DNA from: an uncultured Candidatus Saccharibacteria bacterium
GTDB lineage: Bacteria; Patescibacteriota; Minisyncoccia; Phycocordibacterales; UBA6899
Reading direction: 5' to 3'
Assembly: GCA_964469335.1 (NCBI GenBank)
Contig: CAYXYK010000003.1
Location: forward strand, 132,674 to 196,673
DNA: 64,000 nt
The position numbers and the translations under genes were made by a program. The notes beneath the pieces were generated by a model. That model was not told the origin of the DNA and did not search any database. It was given only the letters and a program-made list of their open reading frames with translations. Positions within the stretch are counted from its first letter, which is position 1, and every line of letters starts with the position of its first letter. Of this stretch, positions 50,075 to 58,361 are shown one piece after another.

Positions 50075-51151
50075 ATGTCAAAGAAGCACAAACACAAGCA
50101 CAAGAAAAAACATCACCAAGAACAAGTGGAGCAAGCGAGCACCACCGCACTTACTCTTCCGGAATCAACACAGCTCGTTGTCACCTCCACACCCAAAGAA
50201 GGGAAGCAGTCGGGAGCACTGCTTCCGCTCCTCGTCTTTCTCCTCGGCATCTTTCTGGGAGTTATTGGCACGCTTGCGGTACTCCATGATCCGTCACCTT
50301 GGGCGATGATCGAACAGGTGCTCGCGGCCGACGAGACCGAAGTCGACGCACTCGAGCGCGGTATCACTGTCGAAGGTGTGGGCATGGCGCACTCCGGGGC
50401 AACGACAACGCTCGCTTTCATCTACAGCAGTTCCACCCGTGCTAGCGCTACCTCATCTGCATTCTCGATCAAGGTTCCGGTGATGATCTATCACAGCGTT
50501 CGACCGTACAAAGAAGGGGAGTCAGAGTACCAGGATCTCTATGACGTCACCCCCGAACTTCTCGACCAGGAACTCAGCTACATCAAGGAGAACGGTTATC
50601 ATCCGATCCTGATGCGCGATGTCGACGCTTATTGGCGCGGGGCCACCTCCTCGCTCCCCGAGAAGCCGGTCATTCTTTCGTTCGACGATGGATGGAAGAA
50701 TCAATTCGAATATGCATACCCGCTCCTCAAGAAACACGACATGAAAGCCGTGTTCTATATCTTCACCAATCCGATGGACACCAATAACCCTCGCTGGATG
50801 AGCTGGGAAAATATCATCGAGCTCGATCGTGCCGGCATGGAGATCGGCGGACACACCCGCACCCATCCGTACCTCACACAGATCTCCCATGACGACAAGA
50901 AGCTCGATAGTGAGATCACCGAATCCAAGCGGATCATCGAACAGAGGATCGGACACCCGATCGTCTCGTTCGCTTATCCGTTCGGACTTACCAACGAGGC
51001 GGTCTCTGTTGCGGTCGCCCGAGCGGGGTATCAAACAGCCCGTACCACTGTTTCCGGTGTGTGGAATGACCCGCAGCACCGCCTCGAGTTCCACGGCACA
51101 CTTTCCTCTGATAAACTGAAACAGTTCGAAGCCTTGCTTCACAGGAATTGA
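50075..51151 (+). CDS. polysaccharide deacetylase (NodB-homology domain) with N-terminal basic tail and TM anchor
   Basis: Motifs ILSFDDGW, GHTRTHP and FAYPFG of the NodB/CE4 family. Confidence 0.7.
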   Translation: MSKKHKHKHKKKHHQEQVEQASTTALTLPESTQLVVTSTPKEGKQSGALLPLLVFLLGIFLGVIGTLAVLHDPSPWAMIEQVLAADETEVDALERGITVEGVGMAHSGATTTLAFIYSSSTRASATSSAFSIKVPVMIYHSVRPYKEGESEYQDLYDVTPELLDQELSYIKENGYHPILMRDVDAYWRGATSSLPEKPVILSFDDGWKNQFEYAYPLLKKHDMKAVFYIFTNPMDTNNPRWMSWENIIELDRAGMEIGGHTRTHPYLTQISHDDKKLDSEITESKRIIEQRIGHPIVSFAYPFGLTNEAVSVAVARAGYQTARTTVSGVWNDPQHRLEFHGTLSSDKLKQFEALLHRN

Positions 51152-51154
51152 TCC

Positions 51155-51367
51155 ATGACAGAATACGTCGCAAACGAAATAAACAAACTCCGTATCGCGA
51201 GCGGTGTCACCCAAGAGGAGCTCGCCGATGCGGTTGGAGTCTCGCGCCAGACCATCATTGCGATCGAACGCGGCAAATATACGCCGTCGGTCCTTCTTGC
51301 ACTCAAGCTCGGGAAATACTTCGCTACTCCTGTTGAAAAACTATTCACCATTCGTCATGAAAAATAA
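51155..51367 (+). CDS. XRE-family helix-turn-helix transcriptional regulator
   Basis: 70 aa. Motif [29 protein letters not shown] (Cro/C1-type HTH). Confidence 0.7.
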   Translation: MTEYVANEINKLRIASGVTQEELADAVGVSRQTIIAIERGKYTPSVLLALKLGKYFATPVEKLFTIRHEK

Positions 51368-51815
51368 TCAACAAATCACAAAGGAGTCTCTTGCTCCGTC
51401 GTCACTCGGCCGAAATGAGAAAGAAGACTCTCTCACTCCAGGCCTCGCTAGCCGGAGTAATCTCATCATCGAAACACTCGTCGGTTCCATCCTGATCGCC
51501 ATCGTCATCCTGATCCTCAACCCGATGGACTTCTGGATGCCGGATATGGCACACGTCACCGCACTCACGATGCTTCTGGTCGTTTTCGTACTCTATGCCT
51601 CGTTCATTCTGCGCGAGAAAGCGCGCGACGAGCGTGACGTACTGCACCGCATGTTCGCCGCCCGCGCCGCGTTCTTCACCGGCACCGCACTTCTCACGCT
51701 TGGGGTATTCTTCGGCGCCCTAAAGGGTGATATCGACATGTGGCTGGTCATTTCTCTTGTCGGAATGATACTCGCGAAGCTTGTTGCCCGCTTCTACTCA
51801 GACAAAAACCTTTAG
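51357..51815 (+). CDS. membrane protein partner of the XRE regulator
   Basis: 152 aa with 4 TM helices. Its start overlaps the XRE gene by 11 nt. Confidence 0.5.
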   Translation: MKNNQQITKESLAPSSLGRNEKEDSLTPGLASRSNLIIETLVGSILIAIVILILNPMDFWMPDMAHVTALTMLLVVFVLYASFILREKARDERDVLHRMFAARAAFFTGTALLTLGVFFGALKGDIDMWLVISLVGMILAKLVARFYSDKNL

Positions 51816-51819
51816 AACG

Positions 51820-51960
51820 GGCGGATTTCTTTGTTGTAAGGCGAAGCACTTATCCCCAGCTAATTCAATCAACGTAGGAGGACTACGTCTTTTTCGTGAA
51901 CTATCCCGCGCCGCGAACTCCATCCCGTTCTATGGGTTTTAGAGATAGGTATTCTATGTA
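51820..51960 (+). repeat. intergenic element, family copy R8
   Basis: Hairpin ACGTAG-gagga-CTACGT (51872-51888). 5' box gggcggatttctttgttg resembles R3 and R1. Confidence 0.4.
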
Positions 51961-51968
51961 AAGTAGGC

Positions 51969-51996
51969 TTTACATTATTTTGGAAAGGTATATACT
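51969..51996 (+). promoter_or_regulatory. promoter TTTACA-N16-TATACT, leaderless
   Basis: The -10 box ends 6 nt before ATG 52003. Confidence 0.4.
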
Positions 51997-52002
51997 GTCT
52001 GC

Positions 52003-53889
52003 ATGTCTTTATTGATCATTGCATTCATTGCGGGAATACTCACCGTTTTAGCGCCGTGCATCTTGCCGCTCCTACCTGTCGTAGTTGGCGGTTCTTTAGA
52101 CAATAAGGGTGGGGGAGTTTCGCTCAAGCGCGCCTTTGTTGTGATCGTTTCGCTTTCACTCTCGCTCATCGTCTTCACGCTCCTCCTCAAGGTGTCGACG
52201 CTCTTTATCAATATTCCTCCGGATACGTGGAAGTGGGTTTCGGGTTCAATCATCATTTTCTTCGGGCTCATCTCGATCTTCCCGAAGTTGTGGGAGAGTC
52301 TGCCGTTCGTCGCGCGCTGGAGCCAGGAGTCGAATATGGCACTCGGCAAAGGCTATCAGAAGAAGAATGTCTGGGGCGATATCATCATCGGGGCATCACT
52401 TGGTCCGGTGTTCTCAACCTGCTCACCGACATACTTCGTCATTCTTGCGACCGTCCTCCCGGTCTCGTTCGCACTCGGTCTTGTGTACCTAGCCGCGTAT
52501 GTCGTCGGCCTCTCGCTTTCACTGCTTGCGATCGCATTCGTCGGACAGAAGCTGATGGGCAAGCTTGGTGTCGTTGCTGATCCGCACGGCAAGTTTAAAC
52601 GTGGGCTCGGCGTGCTGTTCCTCTTGGTAGGTATCGCGATCCTCACCGGCTATGACAAACAGCTGCAGCTCAATATCTTGAACTCCGGATTTTACGATGT
52701 CACCCAAGTCGAACAAAAACTACTCGAGCAAAATGACATGCAGGTTGCGCCAATCACTCAGCCGCTCGGACCGAGCGAGGACATGCCGGTGGATGTTGGC
52801 AGCGCATCATCGACTAGCGTGGTTCCCGGTTCGTCTCTCGGGGAAACAGCGACGAAGAAGCCCGCGGTACGTTATCTTTCAGAGACCGAAAAGGCAGTGC
52901 TCTACAAAAAAACTGCCGAACTCACCGGTATCGACGGTTACATCAATACGAACGGCCAGCCGATCAAGATCGCAGACTACAAAGGCAAGGCGGTCGTCCT
53001 GATCGATATCTGGACTTACAGCTGCATCAACTGCCAGCGTACGCTTCCATATGTGACGAGTTGGTACGGCAAGTACAAAGACAAAGGTCTCGTCATCATC
53101 GGTGTGCATACTCCCGAATTCGCATTCGAACAGGTACAGAAGAACGTCGAAGCAGCGATGAAGAAAGACGGCATCCTGTATCCGGTCGTGCTCGACAACA
53201 AATACGCGACCTGGAACGCATTCGGCAATCGTTACTGGCCGAGGAAGTACCTCATCGATATCGACGGCTACATCGTCTACGATCATGCGGGTGAGGGTGC
53301 GTATGAGGAGGCAGAGATGGCGATCCAAAAAGCATTGATGGAACGCAACGACAGACTTGGTCTCGATGAAAGCGGTATCGCGGTAGCAACGACCAAGATC
53401 GACGCGGCGTCGACGAACGCAGGCAGCCCCGAGACGTACTTCGGTGCCGCGCGCAACGAATACTTCAGCAACGGCAAACAGGGGAGGACCGGAGAGCAGA
53501 CACTGATGGAGCCGCTCTCGGTCGCTCCGAACATGCTCTATCTCATCGGTAAATGGAATATCCAAGATGAGTTCGCGGAGACGAGCGCGGATGTCGGTTC
53601 GGGTAGTGTTGGCAGTGATCGAGTAGACTATCTCTACAACGCCAAAGGTGTCTACTTCGTTGCTGGTGCGAAGTCTGGTTCCGTGACGATGGAGGTCGCT
53701 GTCGACAGTAAGCCGATAGACACTGCTATGCGCGGCGCGGATGTATTCGAAAAAGACGGCCGCACCTATGTCACTGTTACGGAGAATCGCCTCTACCGCA
53801 TCATCGACGCGAAAACCGCAGAGAAACATTTGCTCGAGTTCATCATCAGTTCGCCAGGACTACAAGCCTACACCTTCACCTTCGGTTAA
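52003..53889 (+). CDS. CcdA/DsbD-like transmembrane electron transporter fused to a TlpA/ResA-like thioredoxin domain and a C-terminal extracytoplasmic domain
   Basis: CcdA motif LAPCILPLLP. Thioredoxin CxxC site WTYSCINCQ. 628 aa. Confidence 0.65.
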   Translation: MSLLIIAFIAGILTVLAPCILPLLPVVVGGSLDNKGGGVSLKRAFVVIVSLSLSLIVFTLLLKVSTLFINIPPDTWKWVSGSIIIFFGLISIFPKLWESLPFVARWSQESNMALGKGYQKKNVWGDIIIGASLGPVFSTCSPTYFVILATVLPVSFALGLVYLAAYVVGLSLSLLAIAFVGQKLMGKLGVVADPHGKFKRGLGVLFLLVGIAILTGYDKQLQLNILNSGFYDVTQVEQKLLEQNDMQVAPITQPLGPSEDMPVDVGSASSTSVVPGSSLGETATKKPAVRYLSETEKAVLYKKTAELTGIDGYINTNGQPIKIADYKGKAVVLIDIWTYSCINCQRTLPYVTSWYGKYKDKGLVIIGVHTPEFAFEQVQKNVEAAMKKDGILYPVVLDNKYATWNAFGNRYWPRKYLIDIDGYIVYDHAGEGAYEEAEMAIQKALMERNDRLGLDESGIAVATTKIDAASTNAGSPETYFGAARNEYFSNGKQGRTGEQTLMEPLSVAPNMLYLIGKWNIQDEFAETSADVGSGSVGSDRVDYLYNAKGVYFVAGAKSGSVTMEVAVDSKPIDTAMRGADVFEKDGRTYVTVTENRLYRIIDAKTAEKHLLEFIISSPGLQAYTFTFG

Positions 53890-54010
53890 AACTTTTGATT
53901 TTGGCAGTCTACTGCGTTGGCTGCGTCGCGAATCTGTTAACGTACAATGAGTACGTCTCACAGGGCTCGCTTCCCTGGCGCCTTGTATCCAATCCAAAAT
54001 CAAAAGTTTT
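53888..54010 (+). repeat. MITE-like element, family copy R9, with perfect 17-bp terminal inverted repeats AAAACTTTTGATTTTGG / CCAAAATCAAAAGTTTT
   Basis: Terminal inverted repeats at 53888-53904 and 53994-54010 (verified as exact reverse complements). Central hairpin ACGTAC-aatga-GTACGT (53940-53956). Internal boxes align with R2. Confidence 0.55.
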
Positions 54011-54061
54011 CGAGGCGGCAAATACGAAATTCTCATCAAGTGATAAACTAATATTAATCTC

Positions 54062-54625
54062 ATGAAAAACGAAATTGCCATTTTTGGAGGAGGATGCTTC
54101 TGGTGCACCGAAGCAGTGTTTCAGATGATGAAGGGCGTCAGCGCCGTAAAGCCAGGCTATGCCGGCGGCGAGAAAGCGAACCCTACCTATCAAGAAGTTT
54201 CTTCTGGTATGACCGGCCACGCCGAAGTCATTCATATCACCTATGACCCAAGCGTGGTGAAGTACACCGACCTCCTCACGGTATTCTTTGGTTCACATGA
54301 TCCGACCACCAAGAATAGACAAGGTGCCGATGTCGGTACCCAGTATCGCTCGATCATCCTCACCACGAGCGATGAACAAGCAACAGAAGCCAAGAAGTTC
54401 ATCGAAGAACTCAACACCTCGAGCGAATTCGGTGACCCGATCGTCACTGAAGTGGAGCCGCTCAAAGAGTTCTACGGCGCCGAGGACTATCACAAGAATT
54501 ATTTCCGTGACAATCCGAACCAAGGCTACTGCCAGATTGTCATCAATCCGAAACTCGAAAAAGTGAAAAAGAATTTTGCAGCGTTGTTGGACAGCACGTA
54601 CGCAAATAGCGCACTTCAGCGTTGA
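54062..54625 (+). CDS. msrA: peptide methionine sulfoxide reductase A
   Basis: Active-site motif GGGCFWCTE. Confidence 0.85.
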   Translation: MKNEIAIFGGGCFWCTEAVFQMMKGVSAVKPGYAGGEKANPTYQEVSSGMTGHAEVIHITYDPSVVKYTDLLTVFFGSHDPTTKNRQGADVGTQYRSIILTTSDEQATEAKKFIEELNTSSEFGDPIVTEVEPLKEFYGAEDYHKNYFRDNPNQGYCQIVINPKLEKVKKNFAALLDSTYANSALQR

Positions 54626-54746
54626 CCGCGCCGTCGAGTCCCCTCAACGTACCAATGTGTACGCCTCGCGGACATCTCGGCTTGTCGCCTCGAATTGCAT
54701 CTATTTGCTTAAGTGCTCAATGATTTAACAAATAAACAAAACTAAT

Positions 54747-55124
54747 ATGGATGAAAATGAGATCAAGGCGAAATTAACCCCCGAGGAGTACCACGTGCTG
54801 CGCGAGAAAGGCACCGAAGCACCAGGAACAGGGAAGTATCTTCACGAGAAAGCAGAGGGGACATATAAATGCAAAGTCTGCGGCAATCCGCTCTTCGCTT
54901 CGGACGCGAAGTTCGAGTCCGGCACCGGCTGGCCGTCGTTCGATCAGGCACTCGAGGGCGCAGTGAAGTATGAGCACGACAACAAGTATGGCATGGAGCG
55001 TACTGAAGTCTTGTGCGCCAAATGCGAGTCGCATCTCGGTCACGTCTTCGACGACGGCCCTGAGACGACAGGCAAGCGCTACTGTATGAACTCGGTCTGT
55101 CTCGATCTTGAGGCGAAGAAATAG
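54747..55124 (+). CDS. msrB: peptide methionine sulfoxide reductase B
   Basis: SelR/MsrB motifs CKVCGNPLF, CAKCESHLGHVF and RYCMNS. Confidence 0.85.
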   Translation: MDENEIKAKLTPEEYHVLREKGTEAPGTGKYLHEKAEGTYKCKVCGNPLFASDAKFESGTGWPSFDQALEGAVKYEHDNKYGMERTEVLCAKCESHLGHVFDDGPETTGKRYCMNSVCLDLEAKK

Positions 55125-55156
55125 AAAAAGACCACGCACCGAGCGTGGTCTTTTTC
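55125..55156. terminator. bidirectional terminator hairpin GACCACGC-accga-GCGTGGTC
   Basis: A5 before and T5 after. Sits between the convergent msrB and 55162..55902. Confidence 0.55.
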
Positions 55157-55161
55157 TGCTG

Positions 55162-55902
55162 CTACTGACTGACTGTTCCTGAGATGGTCGTACTTGCGAG
55201 TACTCCACACTTCTCAGGGTGCCAACCGCAGCGATTGTCACGCGGCATCATGGTGCCGTCCGGGCACATCCGAGCTTCCATGGTGCAGTGAATCGGAAGT
55301 CTGTCATCCGGGTTCCACGTTGTCGTTCCCATTGGTGGGATAGGTTTTCCGCCGCACGGTAGACATTCAGTGCCTTCCTTGCATGCCATCATCGGACAAG
55401 GATAAGGCTTACTAGAGGTGCTTGTCCCACCACCGTTACCTATGCCGAGTCCTCCTCCGCAGCCTTTCTCGTGCTGTTTGCGCGAGAGTTCACCGAAATA
55501 TCCAGTGGGAGTGATCCCTCCCTCCTTCTGGAACCTCATTACTGCGGCCTTGGTCATCGGGCCGAAGTATCCAGTCGATGAGGCGGCGAGGAAACCCTTC
55601 TCACGGAGCATCTCTTGTAATTCTTTCACGTCGTCACCGCGGAGTCCGAGTGCGAGTCCGCGAGAGAACTTCTTGCACATAGGAGTGCCTGAGCCCATCA
55701 TCGGCATCGAAGTGCTCGAGAAGATGATGTGATCGGGCTTCCCGAACATCGGCGGAATGCCGCTCCCCATTGGAGTGGCAGTTCCCATCACTCCTGGTCC
55801 TCCGCGCATCCAGGTCGGATCGATCCGCTCCTCTGCGTGTGCGATGCTTGCGACGAATAAACTGGCAATGAATGCGGTAAAGAATATGTTTCTCATAGAC
55901 AA
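55162..55902 (-). CDS. secreted Met-rich protein with peptidoglycan-binding (PG_binding_1-like) domain and Cys-rich C-terminus
   Basis: Signal peptide. About 20 Met in the mature protein (PMGSGIPPMFG, MPMMGSG). PG_binding_1-like LRGDDVKELQEMLREKGF..GYFGPMTKAAVMRFQ. 12 Cys C-terminally. Confidence 0.5.
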   Translation of the reverse strand: MSMRNIFFTAFIASLFVASIAHAEERIDPTWMRGGPGVMGTATPMGSGIPPMFGKPDHIIFSSTSMPMMGSGTPMCKKFSRGLALGLRGDDVKELQEMLREKGFLAASSTGYFGPMTKAAVMRFQKEGGITPTGYFGELSRKQHEKGCGGGLGIGNGGGTSTSSKPYPCPMMACKEGTECLPCGGKPIPPMGTTTWNPDDRLPIHCTMEARMCPDGTMMPRDNRCGWHPEKCGVLASTTISGTVSQ

Positions 55903-55928
55903 CCAGTATATGCCAACTCTCGAGTTGC

Positions 55929-55957
55929 TTGAAGTGTCTCGTGATTTCCCGCATACT
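55929..55957 (+). promoter_or_regulatory. promoter TTGAAG-N17-CATACT, leaderless
   Basis: The -10 box ends 7 nt before ATG 55965. Confidence 0.35.
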
Positions 55958-55964
55958 GAGTGGG

Positions 55965-56357
55965 ATGTCAGTTGATACCCCCATCGATCCGAAGATACAG
56001 ATACTACTGCAATTCGCGGATGAAGCGGTGCTCACGCGTACCGTCTGGTCGCTTACCGCAGAACAGAAGGCATCGCACATCTTCAAGCAGCTCGGCGAAC
56101 AGCGTTATCTCTCGTCACTGCGCGCAGGGAACATCGACAACGCCGAACTCACTAAGGTCGCATTTACCATGGACCCGTATTTCCTCAAGTCGAAGGTCGT
56201 CATCGATGCCGCAAAAGCAGGAGTAATGATGCAGCACGATCTCGGACGACCCGCCGTTGCGAAGAAGATCTGCGACATCATGGGTATTCCCGACGAGCAC
56301 CTCGGCGGCGAGATCGGCGGCCTTCCTCCTCCCGCGACCACTTCGACCGCGTTGTAG
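55965..56357 (+). CDS. hypothetical protein
   Basis: 130 aa from the first ATG of table ORF 55929..56357. Confidence 0.45.
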   Translation: MSVDTPIDPKIQILLQFADEAVLTRTVWSLTAEQKASHIFKQLGEQRYLSSLRAGNIDNAELTKVAFTMDPYFLKSKVVIDAAKAGVMMQHDLGRPAVAKKICDIMGIPDEHLGGEIGGLPPPATTSTAL

Positions 56358-56416
56358 TTGCAAAAAAATTCTCACTTGCTAGCCTGAGCGTAGGTTCAAC
56401 CGCACAGGAGACTTTG

Positions 56417-56848
56417 ATGCAAACCCATCGTTCCTTGGAAAGCCCGCTCGCGAAACCGACGTTCGCACATGTCTCGCGTCACATGGACGTGGCCACGATC
56501 ACCATGATCACCGCGTCCCGTTCGCTCCCCGATGCCTGCGTCGGCTTCACGCATCTCACGCTCGCACACACCCTCTACTGGGCCGAACGCGACCAGGAAG
56601 ACGCCATCAACTGCGCAATCCGCGAAGAGCCGCTCGCTCAGCACCGCTCCGGCTACATTCCGCCGAGTGCCGCCTATCTCGATGCCGTCCGCCACTTCTC
56701 GCAAGAGACCATCGTGATGATCGAGAACTTCCCGGAGCTCCCCGCCGAGTACCTCACTCCGGACCATGCCAAGATCCAGCTCGCGCACCAGCTCTACTGG
56801 GAAGGTCGCCCGCACGTGCGGCCTTCTGTCCTCGAGCATTCGGTCTGA
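56417..56848 (+). CDS. hypothetical protein
   Basis: ACAGGAG lies 8 nt before ATG 56417. 143 aa. Confidence 0.45.
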   Translation: MQTHRSLESPLAKPTFAHVSRHMDVATITMITASRSLPDACVGFTHLTLAHTLYWAERDQEDAINCAIREEPLAQHRSGYIPPSAAYLDAVRHFSQETIVMIENFPELPAEYLTPDHAKIQLAHQLYWEGRPHVRPSVLEHSV

Positions 56849-56855
56849 GCCCGTC

Positions 56856-56890
56856 CCGCCCCGCTTCATGCGGGGCGTTCTTTTTTCTAC
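56856..56890 (+). terminator. intrinsic terminator
   Basis: Hairpin GCCCCGC-ttcat-GCGGGGC followed by T6. Confidence 0.55.
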
Positions 56891-56939
56891 GCAGTGGAGT
56901 CTATCGCCCGTGCCACTTGAGAGGAGTACAATTATTTGT

Positions 56940-57509
56940 ATGAGCGCCGTGGTCAGAAATGCCGTGCCGCGCGATACAAAGGCCATCCGAGAGGTCTATC
57001 ATACGAATTGGTTGGCTACGTATCCGAATGAGGAGCATAAGATCCTTCTCAGTGATATTGAAGCGTGCTGGAGTGGCGCATTCACTCCCGAAAGCATCAA
57101 GAAGGGCGAGCAGCGGATCGCATTCCTCCCACCGCACCAGCAGATGTTCGTCGCAGAAGTGGACGGTGCCGTTGTCGGCGTCGTTGACGCGACAAAAGAC
57201 GACGAGGTGAATATCATCGCCACGCTTTATGTCCTACCCGAGCATCATCGAACGGGGATCGGCACCCGACTCTTCGACGAAGCACTGCGTTTTCTTGGCA
57301 AAGAGCATGATATCGTCGCAGATGTCGCGGTCTACAATATCGGTGCGATCAAGTTCTTCGAGTCACTCGGTTTCATCGTCACGCCGGACATTTTACAAAA
57401 AGAAGTCTTTCGCATGCCCTCGGGCAGTGTCATCACCGAACAGCGCATGCGCAGGGAAGCGAAATATTTCCAACCAAAGAAAACGCCGCCCAAACAGGGC
57501 GGCGCGTGA
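56940..57509 (+). CDS. GNAT-family N-acetyltransferase
   Basis: Acetyl-CoA-binding pattern VGVVDA...RTGIGTRLFDEA. Internal ATG of table ORF 56766..57509. Confidence 0.65.
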   Translation: MSAVVRNAVPRDTKAIREVYHTNWLATYPNEEHKILLSDIEACWSGAFTPESIKKGEQRIAFLPPHQQMFVAEVDGAVVGVVDATKDDEVNIIATLYVLPEHHRTGIGTRLFDEALRFLGKEHDIVADVAVYNIGAIKFFESLGFIVTPDILQKEVFRMPSGSVITEQRMRREAKYFQPKKTPPKQGGA

Positions 57510-57520
57510 AGGCAGGGAGC

Positions 57521-57910
57521 TCAGTCGTGTTCGCCGGGTAGTCCGACCACCAGATAGGCGCGGGGAAGGTGGTAGAAGGGGTAGTCGTGATCGATCGCGA
57601 TGCCGGACACTTTGAAGTTCGCTCCTGCTGCGACCGCACCGGCACACATGAGGGCGACACCGGAAAGCCACATCAGGAGACTCAGCCAACTCAGCGAGAG
57701 CAGTGCCTCGTCGGAGTGGAGTTTCCACGCGATGTCGGCCACCAGGACCAGTAGCGCGAGCAGCGCACAGTTCGTCGCCAGTGCGCGCAGACGCAGATGC
57801 GGCCCGGCCTCCTTGAGGAAGGCATCGTTGCGTTCTGCCCACACGGGGTTCTCCGGGCCGGGGAGCAGCTTTCTTGCGAATTCAGGCAGTTCGAGGCGGG
57901 ACTCGTTCAT
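57521..57910 (-). CDS. membrane protein, function unknown
   Basis: 129 aa with hydrophobic helices. Confidence 0.45.
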   Translation of the reverse strand: MNESRLELPEFARKLLPGPENPVWAERNDAFLKEAGPHLRLRALATNCALLALLVLVADIAWKLHSDEALLSLSWLSLLMWLSGVALMCAGAVAAGANFKVSGIAIDHDYPFYHLPRAYLVVGLPGEHD

Positions 57911-58051
57911 GGCAGCTCCTTGAGGCGAAGTGACAGGGAAGTTCTGGTCTGATTATGCAGTAGTATCTATGGTTGTCAATTGGATAGCTGAGCATGCTAA
58001 GTATTATCCCCAAATTATCCCCAGGTTTATCAACAAGACTTTTTCGGTGAA

Positions 58052-58080
58052 TTGACAGTGAAGAAGGGAAGGAATATACT
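58052..58080 (+). promoter_or_regulatory. consensus promoter TTGACA-N17-TATACT about 280 nt upstream of rpoB
   Basis: Both boxes are perfect or near-perfect. Implies a long AT-rich rpoB leader. Confidence 0.4.
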
Positions 58081-58361
58081 CATTCCACTACGTACTGATT
58101 GAGTTTCTGGAGAACGCGTATAAGTTGTTGGCAGAAGCAAATTTTGCAAAACGTCAATTAACAAGCTTAGGAGAAGAATAAGGCACAACCTTCACAAGGT
58201 GTGTTTTTGCGCGTTATGGGAAAAAATATTTTCTCATACACCATAAAGTTTGCTGGAGGCATTTCCCGGAGACTCAGTTTTGTACCCTACTTGTGAGATC
58301 CAAAACTGAATAGCTGGGGAGTACTTTGTTCGTTGTTCTCAATTAATAGTGTGGAGGATTA

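Noticed and set aside
52879-53829. 316-aa minus-strand ORF inside the ccdA-thioredoxin gene
   Set aside because: Antisense to a gene with clear CcdA and thioredoxin motifs. No start-site signals.
58216-58296. 26-codon upstream ORF in the rpoB leader
   Set aside because: It has no SD and no conservation evidence, and is likely a chance ORF in an AT-rich leader.
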